From an uncultured Gammaproteobacteria bacterium (GTDB taxonomy: Bacteria; Patescibacteriota; Microgenomatia; Levybacterales; UBA12049): DNA of 64,000 nt. The position numbers were made by a program, and so were the translations under genes. Of the stretch, positions 29,617 to 39,532 are shown piece after piece (the first letter of the stretch is position 1; every line of letters begins with the position of its first letter). The stretch spans positions 487,674 to 551,673 of the forward strand of contig CAZNAA010000001.1 of the NCBI GenBank assembly GCA_964571255.1. The letters run 5' to 3'. Under the pieces are notes generated by a model, which saw nothing but the letters and a program-made list of their open reading frames with translations, made no database searches and had not been told where the DNA came from.

Positions 29617-31297
29617 ACTGTATTTGTATTATACCAAGCAAGATGGCTAATACTCCAATAAGAGAAATGGTATTCCCTGCTACTTCAAATGGTGTCTGTT
29701 TAAATCTGAGTGAAACCCTATACGTCCCTTTTTCGTTTATTGTGTACTCAATCCCATTAGAAACAATCTTATACACTACTTCCTTTTCATTAATAAATAG
29801 TTTCCAGGCAGGAAAGTAGGCAGTATTAAAATGAAGTGTCTCACTTCCTTGAGTTGTAACTTCATAGGATTGGCTTTGTACCTTCTCCTCAATACTTTTT
29901 ATTTGAGTACTTCCACTTCCCTTTACTTTTCCACCCACTACTCCCAATTGGTTTTGAGGTTTAGAAAAATCTTTTGGAAGATATTCATCAGAAATCTTTG
30001 ATATTTTCCACTTCAGTGCTTCTTTACTCACGTATTCGTCAACTGATTTGGGAGTAATTGTTTGAGGAACAAAATATCTTTTATTAAATATCACTAACAG
30101 AATAATTAAGCCTCCAATAACGAATGGGGTAATTTTAGGATTTTTCAAAAGAGCCAAACCTTCTGCTAATCCCACTCCTCCAACTAATGAGAAAGCAAAA
30201 GAGATTACTAATAGAAATCGCCAAGGGAATTGAAAATACGACATAGGAGAGAGAAGATTCCAGAGTGGAAGAGACAAAGAGAGAAGGAAGAAAATTCCAA
30301 GTAGTGCTACTCCTACAAAAAAGAATGTTTCCACTCTCTTCCTAAGAATAAGGATAAGTGTTGCAATAAGAAAGAAGAGAATGTGAAGTTTACCAATTTG
30401 AAACGACATCCCGTCCACACACCCTGGGATTGATCCTCCATATCCCCAAGGACTATTCCATAGCTGCATAAGACAAACAAAATGATCTTGATATCTCGAT
30501 CCTCCCTCAATTTGAGAGGAGACATTGGTATATCCTATCTCTCCAATCACAGGAAGCCAATAAAAAGCAGAAAGACTAGCTCCAAGTAATAAGGTAAGAC
30601 CAAATCCTTTTATGAGTACTCCTTTTACCTTTGAGTTACTCATTAAAAGATAAAACATATATAACAATATAAACGGAGTAATCATTAGAGCCGTTAAGTT
30701 GTGTGAAAGTACAACAGCTGCAAATCCAACTCCTCCAAGAATAATATATTTTTTCTCCTGATTTTCACTAAAACGGAAAAGAGATAGGAAAATTAAAGGA
30801 ATAAATCCATAAGCAAACAGTTCTGAAATAGCCCCTCGAACAAAAATATTCACACCATGATACGGTGCATACATATACAGTAGTGCACTAAGAATTCCTC
30901 CGATATTCCCTTTGAAAGTTCTCCCTAAGAAAAACATTGTGACTCCAGCAAGTAACGTTCCCAAAATAATCATCCACTTGGTGGCAATCAGAGCATCAAA
31001 TCCAATAAATAACGCCAGAGAGCCAATATAATAAGCCAAGGGAGCATAAAAATTAAAAATAGGATATCCGTATCCATATCCTAAATTTTCACTCCATCTT
31101 ACAGGAAACATTCCTGAGGACAATGAATTTCCCATTTCAAAAACTCGCGATACTTGCGTATCATCATGCATGGGAAAAAATCCTGAGTTAAATAGTGAAA
31201 TAACCGTTACAAACGAGACAATAAGTACTAATAATAAAGAAAGGAGTGTTTGTTTCATGATATTTTTACTCGTCTCATTCTCAATGAAACGATACAT
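29591..31297 (-). CDS. Polytopic GT-C-like membrane protein, paralog family A
   Basis: FPMHDDTQVSRV...FPVRWSENLGYGYGYPIFNFYAPLAYY, same loop motif as 11164..12846; 568 aa. Confidence 0.5.
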   Translation of the reverse strand: MYRFIENETSKNIMKQTLLSLLLVLIVSFVTVISLFNSGFFPMHDDTQVSRVFEMGNSLSSGMFPVRWSENLGYGYGYPIFNFYAPLAYYIGSLALFIGFDALIATKWMIILGTLLAGVTMFFLGRTFKGNIGGILSALLYMYAPYHGVNIFVRGAISELFAYGFIPLIFLSLFRFSENQEKKYIILGGVGFAAVVLSHNLTALMITPFILLYMFYLLMSNSKVKGVLIKGFGLTLLLGASLSAFYWLPVIGEIGYTNVSSQIEGGSRYQDHFVCLMQLWNSPWGYGGSIPGCVDGMSFQIGKLHILFFLIATLILILRKRVETFFFVGVALLGIFFLLSLSLPLWNLLSPMSYFQFPWRFLLVISFAFSLVGGVGLAEGLALLKNPKITPFVIGGLIILLVIFNKRYFVPQTITPKSVDEYVSKEALKWKISKISDEYLPKDFSKPQNQLGVVGGKVKGSGSTQIKSIEEKVQSQSYEVTTQGSETLHFNTAYFPAWKLFINEKEVVYKIVSNGIEYTINEKGTYRVSLRFKQTPFEVAGNTISLIGVLAILLGIIQIQYVGKKKNN

Positions 31298-32823
31298 ATT
31301 AGTATACCCATGAGGAGTGAGAGAATGTTACTCCAAAAACGAATAAGGGTATTTTCAAAGACAAATTGCACAGTATGATTGCCCGCTGAGACAGGTAAAC
31401 TCATAATTCCTGTCTCATTCACAATTTGAATTTCTGTTTTTCTCCCATCAACATACCCTGTCCATCCAGGGAAAAAGTGATGATTATAAGAGACACGAGA
31501 CTGATTCTCCACTGTCACCTTAAGCGTTACTTTATGTGATTTCTGCTCTAATACTTCAATCTTTTCAGGATTCATAAGACGATGCTCGAGAAAAAAAGGA
31601 GTTTCCGGACGAGTAAGAGGTTTTTTCATCACCCCTGTTGGAGTATATTCCTGCTTTACAGTGGTTGAATCTTCGTTTGTCATATAGTACATATCGTCTC
31701 GAAGGATATATTCTTTAGGAGCAGCATAGGGTAGCGCAAAATAAAGAGCACACAGAATAAACCCAGCGGCTAAACTGTATTGCCATATCTCTTTTCTTTT
31801 TTCTAATCCGTAAGCAAGAAGATAGGAGAGAGGGAGAAGAGAGAGAGAAAGAAACCTAAAAGGAAATTGAATGATAGACACAGGCAGATACATCCAGAGA
31901 ATACTACTTACTCCACTTGAGAGAAAGAGAGATAAAAGTAAAGTTATTCCAAAAAGTATCACTATCTTTTCTTTTTTCTCTTCCTTAAGAAATTGAATAC
32001 TTCCTAGTATGACTGCTAGAAGAGGAAGCACGCCAATAAGAATAAATGGAGCAAAGTATTTATTCCAATCTGAGATAGCTGTTTGTGAAAAGATAGTATA
32101 TTGCAACTCGTACAGTGCAGGAAGCCAGAAAAAAGCTGATACTCCTAATCCTCCTAAAAGAATAAAACTAATTTCTTTGAGAGAAAAAGGAAGAGCAGTT
32201 TTTCGAACAAAAAGATAACAAATAATAAGAGGCAGAAATAAAAGAGCTAGAGTGTTATGAGAAAGAATTAAGTAACCAATTGCTAGAGTAGAGAAAAAAA
32301 CACTTTTTCGCTCTACTTGCCACATGATAAACGGAAGAATAGCAAGGCTTAGCACTTCGCCAACTGATCCTCTGTGATACATATCATATAAATGATATGG
32401 GAATAATATATATACTATTCCCCCTACCCAGGCAGGAAGAAGAGAGAAGAATTTTCGAAGCCAGAGAAACGTAAAAACACCTGAGGAGAGAAGAGATACT
32501 CCAAGTACTATTTTGATTGAATCAATAAATCCAATCTTTACTAAATGCAGTACTTCAGCTAAATAAAGATAGCCTGGATACAGGAAGTTAATCACAGAAT
32601 ACCCATACTCAAAATTCAACCTTCCAACCCATCTCACGGGAAATTGTCCTTGTACTAACGCCTGATGAAAAGCAGTAAAACGAATAAGCATCCATTCCCC
32701 ATCATCAGTTATAAAAAACCCTGGCTTAAAAAGAGGAAGAAGTAACCAAATACTAATTCCTAATGTGAAACATCCCAAGATAATAACACTAAATTTTTTC
32801 ATGCTGTTTATATTTCCTTTCAT
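31255..32823 (-). CDS. Polytopic GT-C-like membrane protein, paralog family A
   Basis: FITDDGEWMLIRF...FPVRWVGRLNFEYGYSVINFLYPGYLY; 522 aa; tandem with 29591..31297. Confidence 0.5.
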   Translation of the reverse strand: MKGNINSMKKFSVIILGCFTLGISIWLLLPLFKPGFFITDDGEWMLIRFTAFHQALVQGQFPVRWVGRLNFEYGYSVINFLYPGYLYLAEVLHLVKIGFIDSIKIVLGVSLLSSGVFTFLWLRKFFSLLPAWVGGIVYILFPYHLYDMYHRGSVGEVLSLAILPFIMWQVERKSVFFSTLAIGYLILSHNTLALLFLPLIICYLFVRKTALPFSLKEISFILLGGLGVSAFFWLPALYELQYTIFSQTAISDWNKYFAPFILIGVLPLLAVILGSIQFLKEEKKEKIVILFGITLLLSLFLSSGVSSILWMYLPVSIIQFPFRFLSLSLLPLSYLLAYGLEKRKEIWQYSLAAGFILCALYFALPYAAPKEYILRDDMYYMTNEDSTTVKQEYTPTGVMKKPLTRPETPFFLEHRLMNPEKIEVLEQKSHKVTLKVTVENQSRVSYNHHFFPGWTGYVDGRKTEIQIVNETGIMSLPVSAGNHTVQFVFENTLIRFWSNILSLLMGILICIVSLRMRRVKIS

Positions 32824-35206
32824 AAAAAGCTAAATAACCAATAAAGGCAATTCCTGAGAAAAGAGAAATCAGAATTCCCTTTTCAAACTCTGAATCCTTA
32901 TAGAAAAATTCAATAGTATTTTCTCCAGGTTGTACTTCTACTGCTCGAAAAGCATAATTTGCCCGGTATACTTTTGACTCATTTCCATTTACTCTGGCTT
33001 TCCAGTGAGTGTCAAAAACATCTGAGAGATAGACTAACCCTTCCCACGGAGCATTTACTTTTATTTGCACTTTGTTGGGACTATACGAGGTAATCTGAGC
33101 ACTCACTGTTCCTGGAGAGGAAGTAAATGAAGGCCTATCTAACAATACTAATGTACTTCTTTCATCAAACTCTGAAGAGTGAAGTGTAGCCAACATTTTT
33201 TGTTCATCTGTTTCAACCACATATTGAGACGTAAAGTAAGTCCTATGAGTTACTCCTTTATTTTCGTATATTTGCCATGGAGTATGTTGCCATACCAGTT
33301 CATATCGTTCTGGTAGAAATCGTGAGGTAAGAGGAGCAAGATTTTCAGATAGAGAGGAATCTTGATGAATAACATATTTTACTCCTACAACATTCAAAAC
33401 ATTTTGTCTGTATTCATTATTTCTCATGTCCACATCACTATTCCCTTGAAAAATATTTGCATCAGCTCGAGAAACGTACTCTGGTAACTTTCCATCTTTT
33501 GAACTCATGAGAAGTTCTGTATACCATTTATCATGTAATGCATCGTTTCCTTCTGGAGAATAAACTCTATCAACTGATTGAAAATTACTATCTATGTATG
33601 CTGCATCATAACCCCAAAAACGATAATACTCAGGGAGTCGTTTTATATAAGAAACAAGTTCGGTCTTTGGATAAATAAATTCCCGTGGGGAAAAAGGAGT
33701 AATCTTATGGAAAAAGCGAAAGAGGTCAAAAATCGTAATAGCAAAAATACAAATAACAAATATTTGTGTCGCAAATGATTTACTTACTCGAGCTAGTCCT
33801 TTGTACAAAATAAGAGCACCAATAAAGAGAAGAAAAAGAAGTGAAGAAAAAATAGTATTTTTGAAAGAGACCATGAGATGCTCAAGTGGAATAGTATGAA
33901 GAAAATATTTTTGTACGCAGATAAAAACTCCTACTAAAACAAAAAAGGCTGTTCCAATAGCAATTATTTTTTTCAAAGACAACCTAATTTGTTCATGTTT
34001 AATATAAATATCTAACCCTATTGCTGCTAAGATACTCCCTGCAAATACGAATAGACTTAACATCCTGGTCGGAACAGCTGTTGAAATAACCGGGATAGGA
34101 AGAAGAAAAAAATACTTAGTAATAAAAAGGTTTGTTGTTAACAAGAGAACAATACCTCCCAAAAAACCAAAATATTTTACATCTGTTCTTTTTCTTCCAT
34201 GTGTAAGTGCGTAGAGTGCAAAAAAGAATGGTATTACTCCAAAATACGATACTCTCTCTATATACGTTCCATTAAACCAATGGTTTCTGGTAGCTGGGTT
34301 TCCAAAAAAATCAGGAATAAGAACTGTTACTACATACCAAAAAGGATTTTGAAGAAAAGTTATCTGCTCAAGCGTATAGCCACCACGTGAAGATGCAGCA
34401 AAAGCAGAAAGTGTGGGAAGTAGTTGAAACATTCCTAGAAAAATGGGAACAATAAAGGAAGGCAGAAGAAAAAGAAATGGTTTAACATCTTTTCTACTCC
34501 AACAAATAAGTAAGGTATGACAGGCAACGACTACTCCAACATAAAAAAATCCCTGGATATATCCAGCTAAAAGTGATGCAAGAAGAATCATCCCGTTAAA
34601 AAGAAGATATTTTGTTTTTTGTGTCTCTAGAAACTTATCAACAACAAGGAGAGATAAAGGAAGCCATAAAAGAGTCTGTCCTATATTCCCATATTCCATC
34701 CACACAGTCATATAGGAAGAAAATGAGAAAGCTAAGCCTCCAAAAAGAGAAGCTGCATAGGATAATTGTTTCTCTTTTAAGTAAAGATACATAAACCAAC
34801 CCGCCAAAAAGGGAGTGAGAAAAATAAATAGCGTCCATGCAGATTCAAAAGGAAGAAGAAAAAAGACAATATTTAGTGGATTAAATACTCCACTTTGAAA
34901 GTTAGCCATCATATGGTTTCCTGAAAAGTTATAGGGAGTCCAAAAAGGAATTTCACCCAGCTTAAGAGACTCAATAACAAATAGTTTCCAAGGATATAAC
35001 TGACGAACTACATCTATTCCCTGCGCTTTATGAGGGACTCCTCCTGGAGGATAGCCTAAATGAGAATCTTGTTTATACGGAGCATAATGTCCTACTAGTA
35101 TGTCTCCTGGAAAAGGAATATATCCTTTTCCGACAGGATAAAAAAATAACAAACAAAGAAGAAAAATAGCAGGAATTCCTAACCATTTATGCAATATATA
35201 TTTCAT
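32789..35206 (-). CDS. YfhO-like GT-C membrane glycosyltransferase
   Basis: DVVRQLYPWKLFVIESLKLGEIPFWTPYNFSGN motif; 805 aa. Confidence 0.6.
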   Translation of the reverse strand: MKYILHKWLGIPAIFLLCLLFFYPVGKGYIPFPGDILVGHYAPYKQDSHLGYPPGGVPHKAQGIDVVRQLYPWKLFVIESLKLGEIPFWTPYNFSGNHMMANFQSGVFNPLNIVFFLLPFESAWTLFIFLTPFLAGWFMYLYLKEKQLSYAASLFGGLAFSFSSYMTVWMEYGNIGQTLLWLPLSLLVVDKFLETQKTKYLLFNGMILLASLLAGYIQGFFYVGVVVACHTLLICWSRKDVKPFLFLLPSFIVPIFLGMFQLLPTLSAFAASSRGGYTLEQITFLQNPFWYVVTVLIPDFFGNPATRNHWFNGTYIERVSYFGVIPFFFALYALTHGRKRTDVKYFGFLGGIVLLLTTNLFITKYFFLLPIPVISTAVPTRMLSLFVFAGSILAAIGLDIYIKHEQIRLSLKKIIAIGTAFFVLVGVFICVQKYFLHTIPLEHLMVSFKNTIFSSLLFLLFIGALILYKGLARVSKSFATQIFVICIFAITIFDLFRFFHKITPFSPREFIYPKTELVSYIKRLPEYYRFWGYDAAYIDSNFQSVDRVYSPEGNDALHDKWYTELLMSSKDGKLPEYVSRADANIFQGNSDVDMRNNEYRQNVLNVVGVKYVIHQDSSLSENLAPLTSRFLPERYELVWQHTPWQIYENKGVTHRTYFTSQYVVETDEQKMLATLHSSEFDERSTLVLLDRPSFTSSPGTVSAQITSYSPNKVQIKVNAPWEGLVYLSDVFDTHWKARVNGNESKVYRANYAFRAVEVQPGENTIEFFYKDSEFEKGILISLFSGIAFIGYLAFYERKYKQHEKI

Positions 35207-36690
35207 AATTCTTTAAGTTTTGTAAGAAGTAACGGATCCATTCCTCCTGGTTTTTCTGATCTTAAGACTAAATCTAATGGTAGTTGAGGCGGAATCTCAT
35301 CATATTCTTTTAAGAGAATATATACTGGACCCTTTTCTCTTGCATCCAAAATCTCTTGATCAAGTGTTTCTAGTGGCCAGCGAGGAAGGAGAATGATTTG
35401 AGGATCATCCCAATACTCCAAAGTAAATGCATAAGGATAAATTCCAAATGTTCCTTGAATAACTAAGGTAATTGGTCGCTTTTCTTTTTCTTCATTGAGT
35501 ACCTCCATTACTTTTTCTATCCCATATCCTGACGGATGCTCACTAATGAATTGCTTCCTCTCATCAATAGGAAAAGGAGCAAGAGGAGGATTGGTGAGAA
35601 GATAAAAATCAAATGGAATAAACAATACACCACATAGAGCAATCCCTCCCACTACTCCAGTATATGGAATATTTTTCCTTGTAACTAAATAATACATCGC
35701 AAGAACAATTGCTAAGAGTGCGTAGGGAGTAGTAAACAGGATATACCGAGGAAAGATTTCTCTTCCAATCGTTGCTAGAGCCAAAATAGGGATAAACCAG
35801 AGCATAAAAAGCATTAGTCCTTTTCTCCAGGAAAGAAAAAGAAGAATAACAAATGAGATAAGAGTGAGAAGAAGAAATGGAAGTGTATAGTATCCAAGTA
35901 TCCAGGAATAGAATCCTCCTAAATTTCCCACAGTAAGCTCAAAAGGATTCGCAAGAAGTTTTTCTAGTGGCTGTTGAAACTGTGCGTTCTTCATTGCTGC
36001 ACGGTCATAGACACTGGAAATTCGTTGTAAGTTATTAATAAGTTCTGAAACTCCTCCCATTACGAGAAAAAGGAGTACTATTTTGTTAAGTTTTTCCTTA
36101 ATGGTTTCCAGATTAACGATTAATAAGAAACAAAGCGGAGTAAGAACCAGAAAAAGGAGTGCTGTTGGTTTTGACAGAAGAGCTAATCCTAAAAACCCTC
36201 CCCACAATAGTGCATGTTTATAAGAAAAAGTCTCTGCTGTCTTCAGAGCAAAATAGACACTCCATAACAACATACAGGAAAGAAGACTATCAAAAAGGGC
36301 TAATCGATCGTAAAAAAGAAGGAAAGGATGGAAGATATACAAAATCCCAGTAAGAGCAACAAAACGAAGTTGCTTAGTGAAGTGATAGGTAATTAAACAG
36401 ATGGCAACTAAACTTCCTATTCCTGCCAAAACAGAAGGGAATCTTCCAGCAAGTAAATACCACTCTGATGGAAAGACTGTGATAAAGCTTGCAATGATCC
36501 AAATAAGAAGAGGAGGCTTTCCATCAACTAGTGAGATAAACCAATTAGAATGATTCACAGCAATAAATTTTGCCCAATAAATATAAATGGACTCATCAGT
36601 AAATAAAGGAAGTAGTAGCAGATTATACAATCTGGTAAAAAAATATAATCCTCCCAGTCCTACACTTGTTAGTAGTATTCTATTTTTCAT
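35203..36690 (-). CDS. ArnT/PMT-like GT-C membrane protein
   Basis: LPLFTDESIYIYWAKF acidic loop after TM1; 495 aa polytopic. Confidence 0.5.
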   Translation of the reverse strand: MKNRILLTSVGLGGLYFFTRLYNLLLLPLFTDESIYIYWAKFIAVNHSNWFISLVDGKPPLLIWIIASFITVFPSEWYLLAGRFPSVLAGIGSLVAICLITYHFTKQLRFVALTGILYIFHPFLLFYDRLALFDSLLSCMLLWSVYFALKTAETFSYKHALLWGGFLGLALLSKPTALLFLVLTPLCFLLIVNLETIKEKLNKIVLLFLVMGGVSELINNLQRISSVYDRAAMKNAQFQQPLEKLLANPFELTVGNLGGFYSWILGYYTLPFLLLTLISFVILLFLSWRKGLMLFMLWFIPILALATIGREIFPRYILFTTPYALLAIVLAMYYLVTRKNIPYTGVVGGIALCGVLFIPFDFYLLTNPPLAPFPIDERKQFISEHPSGYGIEKVMEVLNEEKEKRPITLVIQGTFGIYPYAFTLEYWDDPQIILLPRWPLETLDQEILDAREKGPVYILLKEYDEIPPQLPLDLVLRSEKPGGMDPLLLTKLKEL

Positions 36691-36692
36691 AT

Positions 36693-37901
36693 CTACGTTT
36701 TTTTAGAAAGAGACAATGCATTCTTCACAATGACAACTCCTCCAAATAGGATAAGTACAGTGGCCATTGTCCAGAAAAAATTCCTGTTTATTACCTCACT
36801 CCACTCTCCAGTATAAAAGAATGGAACATATTGAAGTACTCCTAGAAGAGAAAGGGTGAAAACGAGTACTATTCTTTCTTTAATCATTCCTACAAAAAAC
36901 AAAAAGGTCAGAATGTAAAGAAGATACCATGGTTGTACTACTGTTCTTTCACTTGCGAGATAAAATGCTATTCCCATCCATAAAATACAAAGAATTCCAA
37001 TAACATCCCATTTAATCACTTGTTTTTTCCAAACAAAAAAGCCAAGGAGTAAAAAAGCAGGAAGAAGAAAAACCGTAGCAAATTTCATGCCAATAGACAC
37101 TCCCAAAAGAATAAAAGCTACTAAATAGTTCTTTCTTAAAAGAAAAACAAATGCCCAGATCGCAAAAACAAACATAGCGATATCATTATGTGCCGATACT
37201 AGACTCTCATATAACACTAAAGGATTAGCTGCAAAGAGAACGGTAAAGAAAAGAGCTGTCTTTTCATTAATATACTCAAACAATTGATACATTCCTTTTA
37301 CTAAAAAAACAAAACACGTAGCAATAAGAGCCTTGAAGAGAAAAAAGGTAAAAAGAAAACTCCCCATTCCTAAGAAGGAAAAAGGAATAGTTAGTACAAG
37401 CCATAGTGGTCCATAGGGATAGGTTCTATGCGTCCAGTGCATGAACGCAAGCATAGAGTCTTGAGGAAAATCGAGTGGTTTAAATGCATAAGGATTTTTT
37501 CCGTAAATAGTAAAAATCTTAGCATCAAAAATATAGTTGAAAAGATCATAGGAAAAAGCGTTATAGGAAAGAGTCAACAATCCTGTTATCCCAAGAAATA
37601 AGACCCATAATGATTTTTTTTCTATTCTTCCTTTCCAGACAGAATATAATAGTACTCCATATAAAACAAATCCTAGTAGGCTAATTCCCAAGAAAAGATG
37701 GGTAGATAAAGGACGTTGAAAATATCCTATGATTTGAAAAGCTCGCTGAATAGTGAAAAGAGAAGGAAAACGAGTAAGAGCGAGTCCTAAATCAACTTGG
37801 GTAAAGGAGTACAAAAAAACACTAAGTGCCCAAAGAAAAGAAGCAAGATAAATAATTTTTTCAAGCTTTGATAAAGAAGCAAGAAAAGAAAATAATTTCA
37901 T
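36693..37901 (-). CDS. Polytopic membrane protein, GT-C/DUF2029-like (putative mannosyltransferase-type)
   Basis: 402 aa, about 10 TM segments, DLFNYIFDAKIFTIYGKNPY loop. Confidence 0.4.
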   Translation of the reverse strand: MKLFSFLASLSKLEKIIYLASFLWALSVFLYSFTQVDLGLALTRFPSLFTIQRAFQIIGYFQRPLSTHLFLGISLLGFVLYGVLLYSVWKGRIEKKSLWVLFLGITGLLTLSYNAFSYDLFNYIFDAKIFTIYGKNPYAFKPLDFPQDSMLAFMHWTHRTYPYGPLWLVLTIPFSFLGMGSFLFTFFLFKALIATCFVFLVKGMYQLFEYINEKTALFFTVLFAANPLVLYESLVSAHNDIAMFVFAIWAFVFLLRKNYLVAFILLGVSIGMKFATVFLLPAFLLLGFFVWKKQVIKWDVIGILCILWMGIAFYLASERTVVQPWYLLYILTFLFFVGMIKERIVLVFTLSLLGVLQYVPFFYTGEWSEVINRNFFWTMATVLILFGGVVIVKNALSLSKKT

Positions 37902-37902
37902 A

Positions 37903-38661
37903 TTAACGATACTTACCTAGTATCGCATTTTTCTTAATAACCAGCAAATCTCTCAGTCCAAAAATAGAATCTTTTACTGGACTTACGCGTCTTGTTTCGA
38001 CATATAGCCACTCCACAGGGACTTCTTTAATTCGATAGCCTTTAATGGAAGCTAAATACAAAAGTTCTACATCAAATCCAGCTGAGACACTGGATCCCTT
38101 CACTGCTTTAAATCCATTATGAAGCTTATGTACCTTTGTAAATAAATCTTTTGCTGCAGCATGCTCAAAAATCTTAAACCCACACTGGGTATCTCTTACT
38201 CCTTTAAGCCCTACAATTATCCCTCGAAGAAGCATATTTGCTCGTGCCATGATGATTCGAAAAATTGGTGATCCTTTTCTTTGATTGTTTCGAGATCCAA
38301 TGACAACTTTATATCCTTTTTCAAAATGAGGAAGTAAGTTATCAATCTCATCAATAGGAGTTGCCTGATCCATGTCAGTAAATAAAATATATTTTCCGTT
38401 TGCCTGAAGTACTCCTGTTGTTACTGCTCCTGCTTTTCCTAAATGAGGATTTTCTACTAGCCTGAACTCCGGATGTTCCCTCATAAACTTTTTAATAAAT
38501 TCGACACTTCCATCTTTTGAACCATCATCCACAACAATTACTTCATAAGAGAATTTTTTGTGCTTGAGGAAGTCATCTACCTTCTCCAAAACTCCCTTTC
38601 GTAGGTTTGCCATTTCTTCGTAACAAGGGATAATTACTGATAAATGAGGATTTTGCGCCAT
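37903..38661 (-). CDS. GT2 glycosyltransferase (GtrB/ArnC/Dpm1-like polyprenyl-phosphate sugar synthase)
   Basis: LSVIIPCYEEMANL...VIVVDDGSKDGS...FTDMDQATP. The true start is the internal ATG (MAQNPHL) at 38661; the track ORF extends to 38724 through a non-Met codon. Confidence 0.8.
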   Translation of the reverse strand: MAQNPHLSVIIPCYEEMANLRKGVLEKVDDFLKHKKFSYEVIVVDDGSKDGSVEFIKKFMREHPEFRLVENPHLGKAGAVTTGVLQANGKYILFTDMDQATPIDEIDNLLPHFEKGYKVVIGSRNNQRKGSPIFRIIMARANMLLRGIIVGLKGVRDTQCGFKIFEHAAAKDLFTKVHKLHNGFKAVKGSSVSAGFDVELLYLASIKGYRIKEVPVEWLYVETRRVSPVKDSIFGLRDLLVIKKNAILGKYR

Positions 38662-38757
38662 ATCTTTAGTATACAAGAAAATTGGGAATTGGTACACAGA
38701 GTATAGCAAATTATAGGACCTCAAACAAGCTTAAAAGTATAATTATTGCGTACATTT

Positions 38758-38766
38758 TGATATAAT
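38758..38766 (+). promoter_or_regulatory. Extended -10 element TGATATAAT, 12 nt upstream of tRNA-Glu
   Basis: Exact TGnTATAAT match. The same 9-mer precedes the start codons of 38948 and 58023. Confidence 0.4.
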
Positions 38767-38778
38767 GATCTCCTATAC

Positions 38779-38850
38779 GGCCCCATCGTCTAGTGGTTAG
38801 GACAGTGGATTCTCATTCCACCAACCGGGATTCGACTTCCCGTGGGGTCA
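38779..38850 (+). tRNA. tRNA-Glu (anticodon CUC)
   Basis: Cloverleaf folded by hand: acceptor GGCCCCA/TGGGGTC, D-stem GTCT/GGAC, anticodon stem GTGGA/TCCAC with loop TTCTCAT (CTC at 38812-38814), T-arm CGGGA-TTCGACT-TCCCG, discriminator A. No encoded CCA. Confidence 0.85.
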
Positions 38851-38932
38851 CAAGAAGCTATGTTTTAGGAATCATCTAACCTTCCCAAAGTTTTGAAGCT
38901 AATTCGGTTCCAACTGTATTTTGGTTTGTTAG

Positions 38933-38941
38933 TGATATAAT
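38933..38941 (+). promoter_or_regulatory. Extended -10 TGATATAAT, 6 nt upstream of ATG (leaderless start)
   Basis: TGATATAAT followed by tcaaat then ATG at 38948; no Shine-Dalgarno. Confidence 0.45.
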
Positions 38942-38947
38942 TCAAAT

Positions 38948-39532
38948 ATGAAACGTATTGTTCTTGTTCATGGTTGGGGAGGCGGACCAAATGGAGATTG
39001 GTTCCCTTGGTTAACAGAAGAACTTCAGAAAACTAACTTAGAGATAATCGCCCCCCAACTACCTGGTACATATAATCCAAGAATTGAGAATTGGGTTCCT
39101 ACTCTTGCTAAGGCAGTTGATGTTCCAGATGAAAATACATTTTTTATAGGGCACAGTATGGGTTGTCAAACAATTGCACGATACCTTGCAACCTTACCAA
39201 AAGATATTAAAATTGGTGGAGTTATATTTGTTGCAGGTTTTTTTGATAGCTTGAACGAAGACGAGTATGATGCTGCAGATAAAGAAACAGCAAAATTATG
39301 GTTAAGGGCTCCACTTGATCTTGAAGTGGTCAAATCTCACATACAGAAAAGTATTTATTATATTTCTGAGGATGATCCAGATGTTCCAATATTAAACAAA
39401 GAGCGTTTTGCAAAGGAACTTAATTCTGAAGTTATAATTCTGAACGGATATAAACACTTTAATGACCCTACGTTGCCTGTAGTTCTTGAAAAGATTCTTG
39501 AACTAACTGATTCTAATTCCTATGGTAGTTAA
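38948..39532 (+). CDS. RBBP9/YdeN-family alpha/beta serine hydrolase
   Basis: VLVHGWGGGP...FFIGHSMGCQ (GxSxG nucleophile elbow); 194 aa, typical of this small hydrolase family. Confidence 0.75.
   Translation: MKRIVLVHGWGGGPNGDWFPWLTEELQKTNLEIIAPQLPGTYNPRIENWVPTLAKAVDVPDENTFFIGHSMGCQTIARYLATLPKDIKIGGVIFVAGFFDSLNEDEYDAADKETAKLWLRAPLDLEVVKSHIQKSIYYISEDDPDVPILNKERFAKELNSEVIILNGYKHFNDPTLPVVLEKILELTDSNSYGS

Noticed and set aside
38662-38778. Promoter for the 38 kb minus-strand glycosylation operon
   Set aside because: A TATAAT-like hexamer exists on the minus strand (complement of 38712-38717) but has no convincing -35 or TG extension and sits about 50 nt from the start. This is too weak to call.
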